A DNA stretch of 64,000 bases from Octopus vulgaris (lineage: Eukaryota). A model generated the notes under the pieces. It was not told the DNA's origin and made no database searches. It saw only the letters and a list, made by a program, of their open reading frames with translations. This document shows, piece by piece, positions 14,782-26,539 of this stretch. The stretch's first letter is position 1; each line of letters begins with the position of its first letter. Position numbers and translations under genes: made by a program. The stretch lies in the NCBI GenBank assembly GCA_951406725.2, contig OX597819.1, forward strand, positions 30,070,001 to 30,134,000, given 5' to 3'.

Positions 14782-14782
<1 letters not shown>
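14418..14782 (+). mobile_element. Possible non-autonomous Helitron-like element
   Basis: 5' tatataaaatccgttctgtctgtctg...atccgattgcgctcaaatttg resembles Helitron-type 5' ends; the 3' end ggcattttgctca lacks a clean CTAG. Confidence 0.35.
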
Positions 14783-14813
<31 letters not shown>

Positions 14814-15044
14814 CCCTCACTCTCACCCCTTCTCTTTCCTTCCGCTACCCTAATGGCCTCTGTTCTTTCGAGCTAGTTGTTCTTGTCACTCCTCTATTCA
14901 CAGTATCCAACCGACCAAGTGCCCACACCAACCGCTATATCCAGTCCTTTCTCTTCATAACATTGGTACTCTAGAATCAACTCATAATAATAACACCAGG
15001 AACGACATAAATGAAGTTTTAACAAAAAATAACAAATAACAATA

Positions 15045-15410
15045 GGCGCAGGAGTGGCTGTGTGGTAAGTAGCTTGCTTACCAACCACATGGTTCCGGGT
15101 TCAGTCCCACTGCGTGGTATCTTGGACAAGTGTCTTCTACTATAGTCTCGGGCCGACCAAAGCCTTGTGAGTGGATTTTGTAGACGGAAACTGAATGAAG
15201 CCCGTCGTGTATATGTATATATATATGTGTATGTGTTTGTGTGCCTGTGTTTGTCCCCCCAACATCGCTTGACAACCGATGCTGGTGTGTTTACGTCCCG
15301 GTAACTTTAGGCTTACAAAGAATAAATCCTGGGGTCGATTTGCTCGACTAAAGGCGGTGCTCCAGCATGGCCGCAATCAAATGACTGAAACAAGTAAAAG
15401 AGTAAAAGAG
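15045..15410 (+). mobile_element. SINE family A
   Basis: Same head and tail as 11409, with an internal deletion. Confidence 0.9.
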
Positions 15411-15990
15411 AGAGAGGGTAACCCGTGAAATATAGTTTAGCTGTTATTTTTAGCAGGTTGAGCATCATCATATAGGTTTTTTTTTCTTTCTTGGCCGGTT
15501 CCGTGAGTGTTTTAAAAAGACATAAAAAATGTACGATTACTGGATTATCATAGTAATCCGTTTGTTAGATGAACCGGAAATTCGTGAGTTGCTATGAGGT
15601 GAGGACAAAATTTCAAAAAATGAAAATTTAAAATCTTTTTAATTCAATTGTTTATGAAGCAGGAATACTATAAAAAAAAATTCTACACCCTTGGAAAAAA
15701 AATAATAAAATGGTGGGGTTGTGGTGAGGTATGGAAAAAATGTGACAAAAAGTAGACTTTTGAGATTTTTATTTTTTTTTTTTTGCTAGTATGGGCCTTT
15801 TAGTCGGGCGGTCATTCGATTTAGGGACATATAAACGCTAGATTGAAAAGTTTAAAAAAATTTAAGAGACTGTTCAAAATGTGGTTATCCCACTGCATGG
15901 CATTATGGGAAAGTGTTTTCAACTATAGTCACAATCCGACTAAAGCCTTGTGAGAGGACTTAGCAGACAGAAATTGAAAGAAGCCCATCT

Positions 15991-16041
<51 letters not shown>

Positions 16042-16045
<4 letters not shown>

Positions 16046-16585
16046 AGTTGAACAAAGATGTTATTAAAATTCTTTTACTTTCGACATACGTTTCGAAGAC
16101 AACATGGTTTTATTCCAAAGGAATAAACGGTATAAAATGCAATCTTCTCATCAAGAAAGAAAGAGAGAGCCTCTCTCAACAACAAGTCATTATAACAATT
16201 ACGATGACTGCCTAAATGATAAACAGAACGTTATTAAGTATTTAAAAAACCGTTAGTAATTGTTATAATGTCTAGTTGTTGAGAGAGGCTCTCTCTTTCT
16301 TTCCTGATGAGAAGATTGCATTTTACACCGTTTATTCCTTGGGAATAAAACCATGTTGTCTTCGAAACATATGTCGAAAGTAAAAGAATTTTAATAACAT
16401 CTTCGTTCAACTCCATTTATTTATTTATTTATAATACACAAATTACCGCACATTAACCCGGAGTTTCTACCTTTGAATACGGTCGCTTCAACCGTGTTAC
16501 TGGAGTGAATTTTGCTACCCTGGTAACGGTTTATTGAATTTTCCTTGTTAACGGTAAACAAAGGATAATTCATTCATCCATTTAA
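16042..16585. mobile_element. Head-to-head foldback Penelope-like element, family H1
   Basis: 16042-16203 is the inverse of 16255-16417; the right arm continues to 16585; flanked by (TA)n. Confidence 0.8.
16299..16380 (+). ncRNA. Hammerhead ribozyme, type I, intact core, extended stem II
   Basis: ctttc-CTGATGA-gaaga...(tttattcc ttg ggaataaa)...tcttc-GAAA-CATATG-TC-gaaag. 5-bp stem I, 5-bp basal stem II, palindromic stem III, GUC cleavage triplet (cut after 16375). Partner copy at 16078-16159 (-) has TTGATGA. Confidence 0.85.
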
Positions 16586-17511
16586 ATATATATATGTATA
16601 TATATATATATATTATGCATGTGTGCGCGTCCGCGTGTGTTTGAGTCTTTGTGCCTGTCTCTCACCACCGGTGTTGATTTGTTTACATCGTTGTAAAAGA
16701 ATAGAAGGTTTTGAAATAAGTACTGGGGTCGATTTGTTGGACTAAACCCTTCATGATGTTTCTCCAATGATTGGAACAAGCAAAAGATACAAGATAAAGA
16801 TATCGAATAACCAAAACGGATAAGGAAGTTCTTAAAGCCGGTTATTATCATAAATAAAGATATTATTTATAAATTTGTTTTCTTTTCTCAATCACATCAT
16901 TTAATTAACTTATTAAAGTAGCATCGTACAAAATAAGATATTTCTCATTAAAAATACATATATAGTAAACCATGCAAAAAGTAATTGTAAATTGACAAAT
17001 GATTGGGTAAAGTAAAAAAAAAAAATATTATTTGAAAGTTTTCGGGAGAGAAAAAAATTATCTATGCCTATCCAGACAGTATTAAAAAAATCGAAAGAGC
17101 GGCGCACATATGCGGCGGGGGTTGTGTGTGTGTCTGTCTGTCTGTGTCTGTGTCTGTGGTCGTGTGTGGCCTTTTCAGGATAATAATTTGAAATCCTACG
17201 TACAGTTAACTGGGGGAAAACCGGTGACATTTCTGTGAGGTGCTGTAAAAGACAGATAGTGTTAGTAAATTGGCCAAACCATATTTCTATGAGCAAATAA
17301 CTATCTTTCTCTCTCTGTCTCTCTCTATCTCTCTCTTTCTCTCTTTCTCCCTCTCTCTCTTTCTCTCTATCTATCTATTTCTCTATCCACCTATCTGTCT
17401 GTCTGACTTTCTCATCGTGTCTCACTCCATCCATATACACGCACTCTCTTTCACACACATACACACGCACGCGCGCGCACACACACGTATATATACACAC
17501 ACGCGCGCACG

Positions 17512-17544
<33 letters not shown>

Positions 17545-17562
17545 TCCTTTTCCTTTTTTTTT

Positions 17563-17758
17563 CTTTTTCCTTGTTTCAGTCATTTGACTGCGACCATGCT
17601 GGAGCACCGCCTTTAGTCGAGCAAATCGACCCCCGGGACTTATTCTTTTTTGTAAGCCCAGTACTTATTCTATCGGTCTCTTTTGCCGAACCGCTAAGTA
17701 ACGGGGACATAAACACACCAGCATCGGTTGTCAAACAATGCTAGAGGGACAAACACAG

Positions 17759-17823
<65 letters not shown>

Positions 17824-17984
17824 CGACGGGCTTCTTTCAGTTTCCGTCTACCAAATCCACTCACAAGGCATTGGTCGGCCCGAGGCTATAGTAGAAGACA
17901 CTTGCCCAAGATGCCACGCAGTGGGACTGAACCCGGAACCATGTGGTTGGTTAGCAAGCTACTTGCCACACAGCCACTCCTGCG

Positions 17985-17986
<2 letters not shown>
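17563..17986 (-). mobile_element. SINE family A, full length
   Basis: Reverse complement of the family A head and tail. Confidence 0.9.
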
Positions 17987-18024
<38 letters not shown>

Positions 18025-18296
18025 TATTAATAAAAAGTGAGACGAGTGGACAGCTGGCACCATGCTAGCTAGTTCGAGAGTGGACAAATCGATTATATCA
18101 GCTCCAGTACTCAACTGATATTTATTTCGTCGATCCCGAATGGATGAAAGAGCCGCAAAGCATTTTGTCCGGCGCGTTAATGATTCTGTCAGCTCGCCAC
18201 CTTGCTAGCATCTATTATATATTGTAATCTATCAGTTTCTCTTCATTCACTTTGAATATAATGGACTAAATTATAACCTCTCCCTACTTGATGATA

Positions 18297-18471
18297 GAAC
18301 ATAACGAATCTGTACAGCATGCGGAGTTAACGAATTTGATTGGTTACTAGTTTAATATAAACCTCCACCATTTCTAAATAAATCTAAGTGACTTGAACAT
18401 AATGAATCTGTTTAGCATGCAAAGTTAACGAATTTGATTGATTACTAGCTCAATACGCGTCTTCACCATCT
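18297..18471. repeat. Diverged tandem duplication, period about 98 bp
   Basis: gaacataacgaatctg...gttaacgaatttgattg...caccat occurs at 18297 and 18395. Confidence 0.75.
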
Positions 18472-18730
18472 CAGATGGTATACTTGCTTTATTCTTTCAT
18501 TTGAAATTTCATCTCCTACCTTACCCACCAGCGACGTGTTACCTAAAACCAACTTCTATCTAAATATGTAACAGTTTATAAAAACACGTAATTGCATAAC
18601 TCTAGATAATCTTACACATTGTATTACATGCCAAATTGTATGATGCACTGTGATAATAAATTTTTGCTATTAAAACATATGTAGTAATACCTAAAACATT
18701 CATTCGTCCCATCTTTATTACTATAAATGT

Positions 18731-19051
18731 GAAGGCGCGTGGAAAAGTGGTTAGAGTCTTCGGCTGGCGATCGTAAGGGCATGAGTTCGATACCTACCAG
18801 CGCGTTTTGTCCTTGAGCATAACTCTTATTTCTCGTTGTACCAGTACACTCAGCTGACAAAAATGAGTAGTACCTGCATTTCAAGGGGCCGGCTTTGTCT
18901 CATTCTGTGTCAAGCAAAATCTCTGTGGTAACTACGTTGAGGGTACACATGTCTGTGGAGTGCTCAGCCACTTGCACGTTAATTTCACGAGCAGGTTGTT
19001 CTGTTGATCCGATCAACTGGAACACTCGTCGTCGTAACTGACGGAGTGCCA
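18731..19051 (+). mobile_element. SINE family D head with tail type 1
   Basis: tRNA-like head gaaggcgcgtgg...gagttcgatacc; tail ...ctcagccacttgcacgttaatttcacgagcagg...gacggagtgcc. Confidence 0.85.
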
Positions 19052-19267
19052 GATTATTATAATTCGTGCTACATGTGCCAATAGCTCTTTGGATCCTCGT
19101 GGATTTGCAGAATGCAAGATACTAGTGACTTATCATTGCAACATGGCCTTAACCACTAGTCTGAACGGTTTGTTTACCTGGAATTTTCCAGTTATACTAA
19201 CTAAAACAAGTGGTGGGCTCGCTGTTGATATACCTTCACCTATTCATCTAATTTAATTGATCCCCTC

Positions 19268-19313
<46 letters not shown>

Positions 19314-19738
19314 ATATATATGTGTGTGTGTGTGTGTGTATGTGTGTGTTTATACATGAATGTGTTAAAAAGTTATATAGAAGTACAAACAAATGGAACA
19401 AACAGAAAATACACACATAAAAAGTCATTTAATCCTCATCAGTTATCATCGAAATGAGGTAACAATTTTACGCCTTTAACGATAATATCGTTCACTTTGT
19501 TGGCATCAGCGATGAGAAGCCGCAGGGAAATAGCGAGCAAACTCGACAAAATGTGAACATACAAACAAAGATGAAATTTATATGCATTATAGAAGCAAAA
19601 TATTTGAAACGAAACGAATAGCGAACGGACAAGTGATCGAGACGAAAACAAGCACGACAGGATGTGGACATACAAGCAAAAGGAAATGAATACAGAGAGT
19701 AAGGCCTTACAGCTCAAACATGAGACAACTATATGAGT

Positions 19739-20124
19739 GTGTGGAAGCACTCCGTCGGTTACGACGACGAGGGTTCCGGTTGATCCGAATCAACGGAACA
19801 GCCTGCTCGTGAAATTAACGTGTAAGTGGCTGAGCACTCCACAGACACGTGTACCCTTAACATAGTTCTCGGGGATATTCAGCGTGACACAGAGAGTGAC
19901 AAGGCCGGCCCTTTGAAATACAGGTACAACATAAACAGGAAGTAAGAGTGAGAGAAAGTTGTGGTGAAAGAGTACAGCAGGGTTCACCACCGTCCCCTGC
20001 CGGAGCCTCGTGGAGCTTTAGGTGTTTTCGCTCAATAAACACTCACAACGCCCGGTCTGGGAATCGAAACCGCGAACCTATTACCACGAGTCCGCTGCCC
20101 TAACCACTGGACCATTGCGCCTCC
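19739..20124 (-). mobile_element. SINE family C head with tail type 1, TSD-flanked
   Basis: Head GGAGGCGCAATGGTCCAGTGGTTAGGGCAGCGGACTCG; TSD ac(a/t)actatatgagt at 19725-19738 and 20125-20138. Confidence 0.9.
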
Positions 20125-20638
20125 ACTACTATATGAGTAACGCCAGGAAAAATACCCTAAAGAATTGAAAACGGGAGGAGCAGCGGAAAGATCAGGCATA
20201 AAGGGAAGGATCAAGCGTAAGGAGAATGGAGAAGTGAGGTGACGATGAACACGGGTTACGTGGAAGTGGGAGGGGAAAGATAGATAGTAAGAGGGATGAA
20301 AGTATTGAGGAGGGAAGGGTAGAAAGATATAGAGAGAGGGGGAGAGAGAAAAAGAGAGAAAGAGATGAGGGCAAAAGGGAGTGAAGAGACGAGAGAAATA
20401 GACGTCGCACGAAAAAATGTAGACACAAAGGTTCCAAAATGAGGCTAAATAAGTGGCGTTACATTGAATAATCTGCTAAAAAATGATATAGAAATACAAA
20501 CGAAAAATACAAACATAGAAAGTCGCTATGTGTGTGTATGTGTGTGTGTGAATGGATGTATATGGTATGTATACATATACACTTATGCGTACACTGATAC
20601 TTATATATATATATACACATACACACATACGTACATAA

Positions 20639-20689
<51 letters not shown>

Positions 20690-20696
<7 letters not shown>

Positions 20697-20970
20697 ATCA
20701 CGTGACCGACCAGACCATCAGATGTTGTTACACATCGCTGGTCACAATACGTTCGCATTGTTTTAGCCTTCGAATGACGCCACCCCGCTGGCTAAGCGAG
20801 CAGACCAACAGAAGAAAGAGTGGGAGAAAGAGTGGTGAAAGAGTACAGCAGGGATCACCACCCCCTGCCGGAGGTGCGTGGAGCTTTAGGTGTTTTCGCT
20901 CAATAAACACACACAGCGCCCGGTCTGGGAATCGAAGCCGCGATCCTCTGACTGCGAGTCCGCTGCCCTC

Positions 20971-20971
<1 letters not shown>
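20690..20971 (-). mobile_element. SINE family C head with tail type 2
   Basis: Same head as 19739; tail ends in the palindrome tcacgtgatcacgtga; near-identical to 45644-45952. Confidence 0.9.
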
Positions 20972-21010
<39 letters not shown>

Positions 21011-21014
<4 letters not shown>

Positions 21015-21980
21015 AATAAATCCAAACTTACAGGGAAAAATTAGATTTAGGATTAAATCCAATTTTATAGTATAAGTATATTATATTATATTAAATTAGA
21101 GATAAAACCACTATTAGGCAAATCAAACAGTGAAAAACATAAACCAATTCATAAAATTTAATAAGTTTCAAAATATATTCTTTCCTAGAAGGTATTGGAA
21201 TATCCTTCAAAGATGAATTCCAAAATAGTGGTTCTATCTTACCTGTAATTTATCAATATATTAATAATAATAATATTAGGGAATAAATCCAAACTTACAG
21301 GGAAAAATTAGATTTAGGATTAAATCCAATTTTATAGTATAAGTATATTATATTATATTATATTGAATTAGAGATAAAACCACTATTAGGCAAATCAAAC
21401 AGTGAAAAACATAAGCCAATACATAAAATTTAATAAGTTTCAAATATGTAACAAGGATGTACTGGTGTCAATACATTACAGCTGTTTCAATCGGCTCCGC
21501 TTAATTGATCAATGAATACGCTCCCTTCATTGCAGATGACCATATATAGATTTCAAGCATAATGGATAAACCATTTTTAACAAATTCACATGAATAATAG
21601 AAAGCAAAATAATTACATTTTCAGAATGAGTTTAGAAAATAATGCATATTTTATTAAGCCTTCTATAATTTAGAGAGTAGCAGAAAAAATCGGCTACTCT
21701 CTAAATTATAGTAATCTTAATAAGATATGCATTATTTTCTAAACTCATTTTGTTACAGATATAGCATAAGGAAACAATGTAATTATTTTGCTTTCTATTA
21801 TTGATATAAATTTGTTTAAAATGGTTAATCTTTTATGTCTGAAATCTATATGGTCATCTGAGTCTAAAGAAAGCGGTTTCTTTCAAATTGATGTAGTGTT
21901 TTCATTGATCAATTAGATGGAGCCGCTTGAAACGGCCGTAATGTATTGACACTTGTACATTCTTGCTATTTACTTAAATT
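21011..21980. mobile_element. Penelope-like remnant: tandem 3' ends plus foldback with degenerate hammerhead (family H3)
   Basis: Direct repeats 21011-21171 / 21278-21443; inverted arms about 21432-21681 / 21693-21980; CTAAAGA-aagcgg...ccgctt-GAAA-CGGCCG-TA at 21864-21940. Confidence 0.7.
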
Positions 21981-22179
21981 CTGTTAGAGCTGTGCAGACT
22001 ATACCGAACTGGCAATGTGTCTCAATCTAAGTACCAAATTTAACTGTGTATTTTAATAGTAATTTGTGGTTTTAGAGTGATAGCTCTCTTTATACCAAGC
22101 GATATTTTCATACCCTTCTGAATTTAGTTTATATCTTACCTGTAACGGTGTAAACTTGCTAACAACTTTATTATTATTA

Positions 22180-22256
<77 letters not shown>

Positions 22257-22378
22257 CTTAAATTATACTGGCTCACGATATGTTCCTGTTGAATGTCGCG
22301 GGGGCGTTCAAATGAAAGAATGCAGACGGTGTAATGTGATGAATATTTCAGAAATAGTCGTTGTAGCATTAAGTCTTT

Positions 22379-22427
22379 CTGACGAGCTTAAGTTTGTTTT
22401 TCATACAGAAAGCGAAATCAATTGATC
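22379..22427 (+). ncRNA. Hammerhead core with 10-nt palindromic stem III; stem I not paired
   Basis: CTGACGA-gctt...aagc-GAAA-TCAATTGA-TC; lies between diverged direct repeats 22046-22133 and 22504-22598. Confidence 0.55.
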
Positions 22428-23308
22428 CCGGAATATACGCATTCCTTACTTCTGTAGTTCATACACGGTAAGCCTATTTCCGTTATGTTTGTTGCTTTCG
22501 CCGTGTGTATTTTAATAGTGAATAATTTGTGGTTTTAGAGCGCTAGCTCTTTTTATAGTAAGTGGTATTTAAATCCCCTACTGAATTTTGTGTATATATA
22601 TTGTTAGCAGTTGATATTATAGAGAATGTAAAGAATGCTCAATACACGAGTAGAGTAAATATCTTTAAAATGTCTTAGAATATTTCAAATTTCCTGATGG
22701 AAGGTACTCATCAGATACTGTATTAACTAAAGAATATCTGCAATACTAAGAGCTTTGTTATACAACATATAGCTCTTCCCCTTATCTTCAAAATTCCGGC
22801 TAGTTTTATTCATCTTGTGGATGTCTCTTCCAAATGCAGAAAGCTACTGTCTAAAGTTAGTGAATCACTGTATCGGGTGCTGACGAGCTGCACGCAGACA
22901 TAAATTGTTGTAGTATATAATTGTATACACACACTTACACACACACATACACACACACGTGTATTTATTCCTCTACATATATATATATATATCTGTATAC
23001 TATACATGTATCAATATATATACAAATATATATGAATATATATACGTGTGTATATATGCCTTTATATAATAAATATATAAGTGCACACACACACACACAC
23101 ATATATATATACATATATATGTGCATACGTATATATATATATACATATATATACATACACATTATATACATATATATATGTATATGTATATATACATATA
23201 TATATATGTGTGTGTGTGTATATAGATATATATGTATATACATAATATATAAACTTATGTTTATTCTTTTATAGCTATCCCTATACATACGTGAGTGTGT
23301 TTATCAAC

Positions 23309-23365
<57 letters not shown>

Positions 23366-23830
23366 TGATTGTGTATATGTATGAATTCATGAATGTATAT
23401 TTAAATATCTATGTGAATACCAATGAATATATGAAAGCAATTTCGAAATTATTTTAATTTTACATTTTGACAAATCTATTCAACTCAAGTTATCGACCAA
23501 ATACAAAATATCAAGAATCTATATGAATATATCTAGAAAACATTTCTTTCCCCTTTCAAGTGTTGTTCTCAAACCAGAATTTCTTTTGAAAACAAAACAT
23601 AATCACGAAAATTCTTTCTCCCATGATATAAAGCTATGAAAAATATCGATTAGCCAAGGTTAGAGTTGTTTGAGGTAACAAGGGAGATAAATATTATCTA
23701 CGATATGTGACGCATTCAAAATAATCTGTACAATCACAAGGTACCTATTTAACTATTTACAATTACATAGATTGAAATGTTATGTGTGTATACACACACA
23801 CACACACACACATATATATGTATATGTTTG

Positions 23831-23879
<49 letters not shown>

Positions 23880-23912
23880 GTGTGTATGTATGTATGTATA
23901 TATATATATATA

Positions 23913-23982
<70 letters not shown>

Positions 23983-24148
23983 TGTATGTGTATGTGTGTA
24001 TATATATATAGGTATAAGTTACAGGTGTTTAAAGCCTCTAAGGGATAGATATATCCAAAGGCACTTCTGGTAATTACCTCAGTGGTAAAAGATGGTAAAA
24101 GGTATACAGCAGCAGGTAATTTAGCGGGTAACCGTAGTTTAATTTATC

Positions 24149-24749
24149 TAGGCGAAAAGAAAATGGAGGACAAATAATAAATAGAAGTGTGACTTTTGCG
24201 CTAGTAAGGCATTATTCAATTAGTAAATAAAGGTGAGAGTGAAAGTGAAGTTTTTATGATCGTTTCTGCTTACCATGGTGAGGAAAATATTATACTTTTG
24301 CCTTGTTGCTAATGGTAGACATCGTCAGAAAGATGAAGTCAGAGGTAGAGGGAAGAAGAGTGAAAGATCAATGGTTACATCGGGAAAAATATCAAAAATT
24401 CGAGTGTCTTACAATATATTGGGGTTCACGGTTCGTTGAGTCCGTTATCAGGTGGATGAAGAATATAAGTTAGTTGGACCTGTGAACCCCCAAAATAGTG
24501 TAAGACACTCGAATCTTTGATCTTCTCTTTCCCGATGTAACCATTGATCTTTCACTCATCTTCCCTCTACATCTGACTTCATCGTTCTGACGAGACAAAA
24601 ATATAATATGTTCCTCACTATGGTTAAACAGAAACGATCGTAAACAACTTCACTCTCACTCTCACCTTTATTAACTAATTAAATAATGCCTTACTAGCAC
24701 AAGAGGCACACTTTTGTTTGTTATTTGTCCTCCATTTTCTTCTCGCCTA
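24149..24749. mobile_element. Head-to-head foldback element with two hammerhead motifs (family H4)
   Basis: Arms 24149-24433 / 24477-24749. Minus HHR 24252-24331: ttt-CTGACGA-tgtctaccat...atggtaagca-GAAA-CGATCA-TA-aaa. Plus HHR 24584-24645: gtt-CTGACGA...GAAA-CGATCG-TA-aac. Confidence 0.75.
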
Positions 24750-24753
24750 TGTG

Positions 24754-24826
<73 letters not shown>

Positions 24827-24829
<3 letters not shown>

Positions 24830-25547
24830 CATACCTACATATATATGTATATATACATGCATATATGGGTAGAGGGCATAAAAATCGTAGACAGAATGAG
24901 AAACGAGAACATAAAAACAAAAACATAGAAAACGAACTTTTTTCGAACAACGGAAAAAACAGAGAAATGAAACATGCAACATAAAGAACATTCCCTTCAT
25001 TAGTTATTCCCTGTTTTATCTACTCCGCGTTCGAAGGTAAGGACAAGACGTGACTTCGTTAAAAGAGTCCTTCCCGCAAAGCAAATTAAATAAAATTTGA
25101 GATTTTTTGTGGAGGGTGAAAGTGGTAACAAAAACAGGACAGTGAGAACAAAAGACTAAGAACAAATGGTGAGGGCTGTTAAGCCAAGACGATGTGAAGT
25201 GATGAACGCTGGAAAAACGAGTTTTGAGAAGGGACAGATAAAAGCACGTCTTGTCTTTAGGAAGGAAGTGGAAGAAAGAAAGAATGGCCGTTGGTCACGT
25301 GCGAGCAACGAGAGCCTCAAGGAGGAAGAGTGTGTGAGAGAGAGTGAGAGAGAGAGGGGGAGTGAGGAAGGGGAGAGAAGAAGAATAGGGAAAGGGTGGG
25401 AGAGAAAAACAGAAAGGAGGAACAAAAGAGGGAGATAGATAGACAGTAGAGAGATAGAATAAGTGTGCGCATCGTAATTAAGATAAAACTTTTGATGTCC
25501 TGTACCCATATATGCATGTATATATACATATATATGTAGGTATGTAC
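24827..25547. mobile_element. Repeat bounded by about 45-55 bp inverted termini, in (TA)n
   Basis: gtacatacctacat...catgcatatatgggta (24827-24871) is inverted at 25503-25547; purine-rich interior. Confidence 0.55.
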
Positions 25548-25638
25548 ATATATGTATGTATAAATCCATATATTTATGTATTATTTATATTATCATATGA
25601 TCGAACGCCACGTATCCTTTTCCCAATAAGTTTTATAT

Positions 25639-25686
<48 letters not shown>

Positions 25687-25761
25687 ATGTTTGTATGTAT
25701 GTATACATATATATATGTATGCATGTATGTATGCCTGTATATATATACACACATACGCACA

Positions 25762-25800
<39 letters not shown>

Positions 25801-25802
<2 letters not shown>

Positions 25803-26499
25803 CGTAAAGTATAAATCCATCTCAATATGGCTAACCACTAAGGGTGGGCGTTACTGTAGTTTTTAGCCCCAGGAGATCATCGTCTCCAGCTGGCTTTAGG
25901 CACACTATCTCTGCGCTTATGGTATTTGCAAAGGGAGGTCATCCCTCTCTCGTAAGCCTAAGTGATACGCATGGACTGCAGTTTCGAGGTATTTGCCTCT
26001 CGTCAACGCACGGTAATCACCGGTTTACGATGAAAAGGAAGACCCGTTTGCAAATACTTATGGGTTTTTCTAGTAACTTCCGTCACTGATTTCGAAAAAC
26101 TGTCTGCAAGCAATAATAAATCTCTGAACGAGATGTAAACAGTAACCGCTCGACAACGTAAAATATAAAGCCATCTCAATATGGCTAACCACTAAGGGTG
26201 GGTGTTACTGTAGCTTTTAGCCCCAGTAAACCGGTGATTACCGTGCGTTGACAAGAGGCAAATACCTCGAAACTGCAGTCCGTGCGTATCACTTAGGCTT
26301 ACGAGAGAGGGATGACCTCCCTTTGCAAATACCATAAGGGCACACAGATAGTGTGCCTAAAGCCAGCTGGAGACGATGATCTCCTGGGGCTAAAAGCTAC
26401 AGTAACACCCACCCTTAGTGGTTAGCCATATTGAGATGGCTTTATACTTTACGTTGTCGAGCGGTTACTGTTTACATCTCGTTCAGAGATTTATTATTG

Positions 26500-26501
<2 letters not shown>
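25801..26501. mobile_element. Foldback element with variant hammerheads (family H5)
   Basis: 25801-26028 and 26109-26226 are inverted copies of parts of 26227-26501. HHR at 26243-26285 (+) gtgcg-TTGACAA-gagg-caaata-cctc-GAAA-CTGCAG-TC-cgtgc and at 25969-26011 (-) with TTGACGA. Confidence 0.8.

Positions 26502-26539
<38 letters not shown>

Larger units (their letters stand above)
15880..16800 (+). mobile_element. Old SINE family A copy split at its central (TA)n by a hammerhead foldback element
   Basis: Head remnant 15880-15990 (aagccttgtgagag...gaaagaagccc), tail remnant 16620-16800 (aataagtactggggtcgatttgtt). Confidence 0.7.

Noticed and set aside
25015-25270. Possible hammerhead on the minus strand (..ccttc-GAAC-GCGGAGTA)
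   Set aside because: No CTGANGA in register and the GAAA is incomplete.
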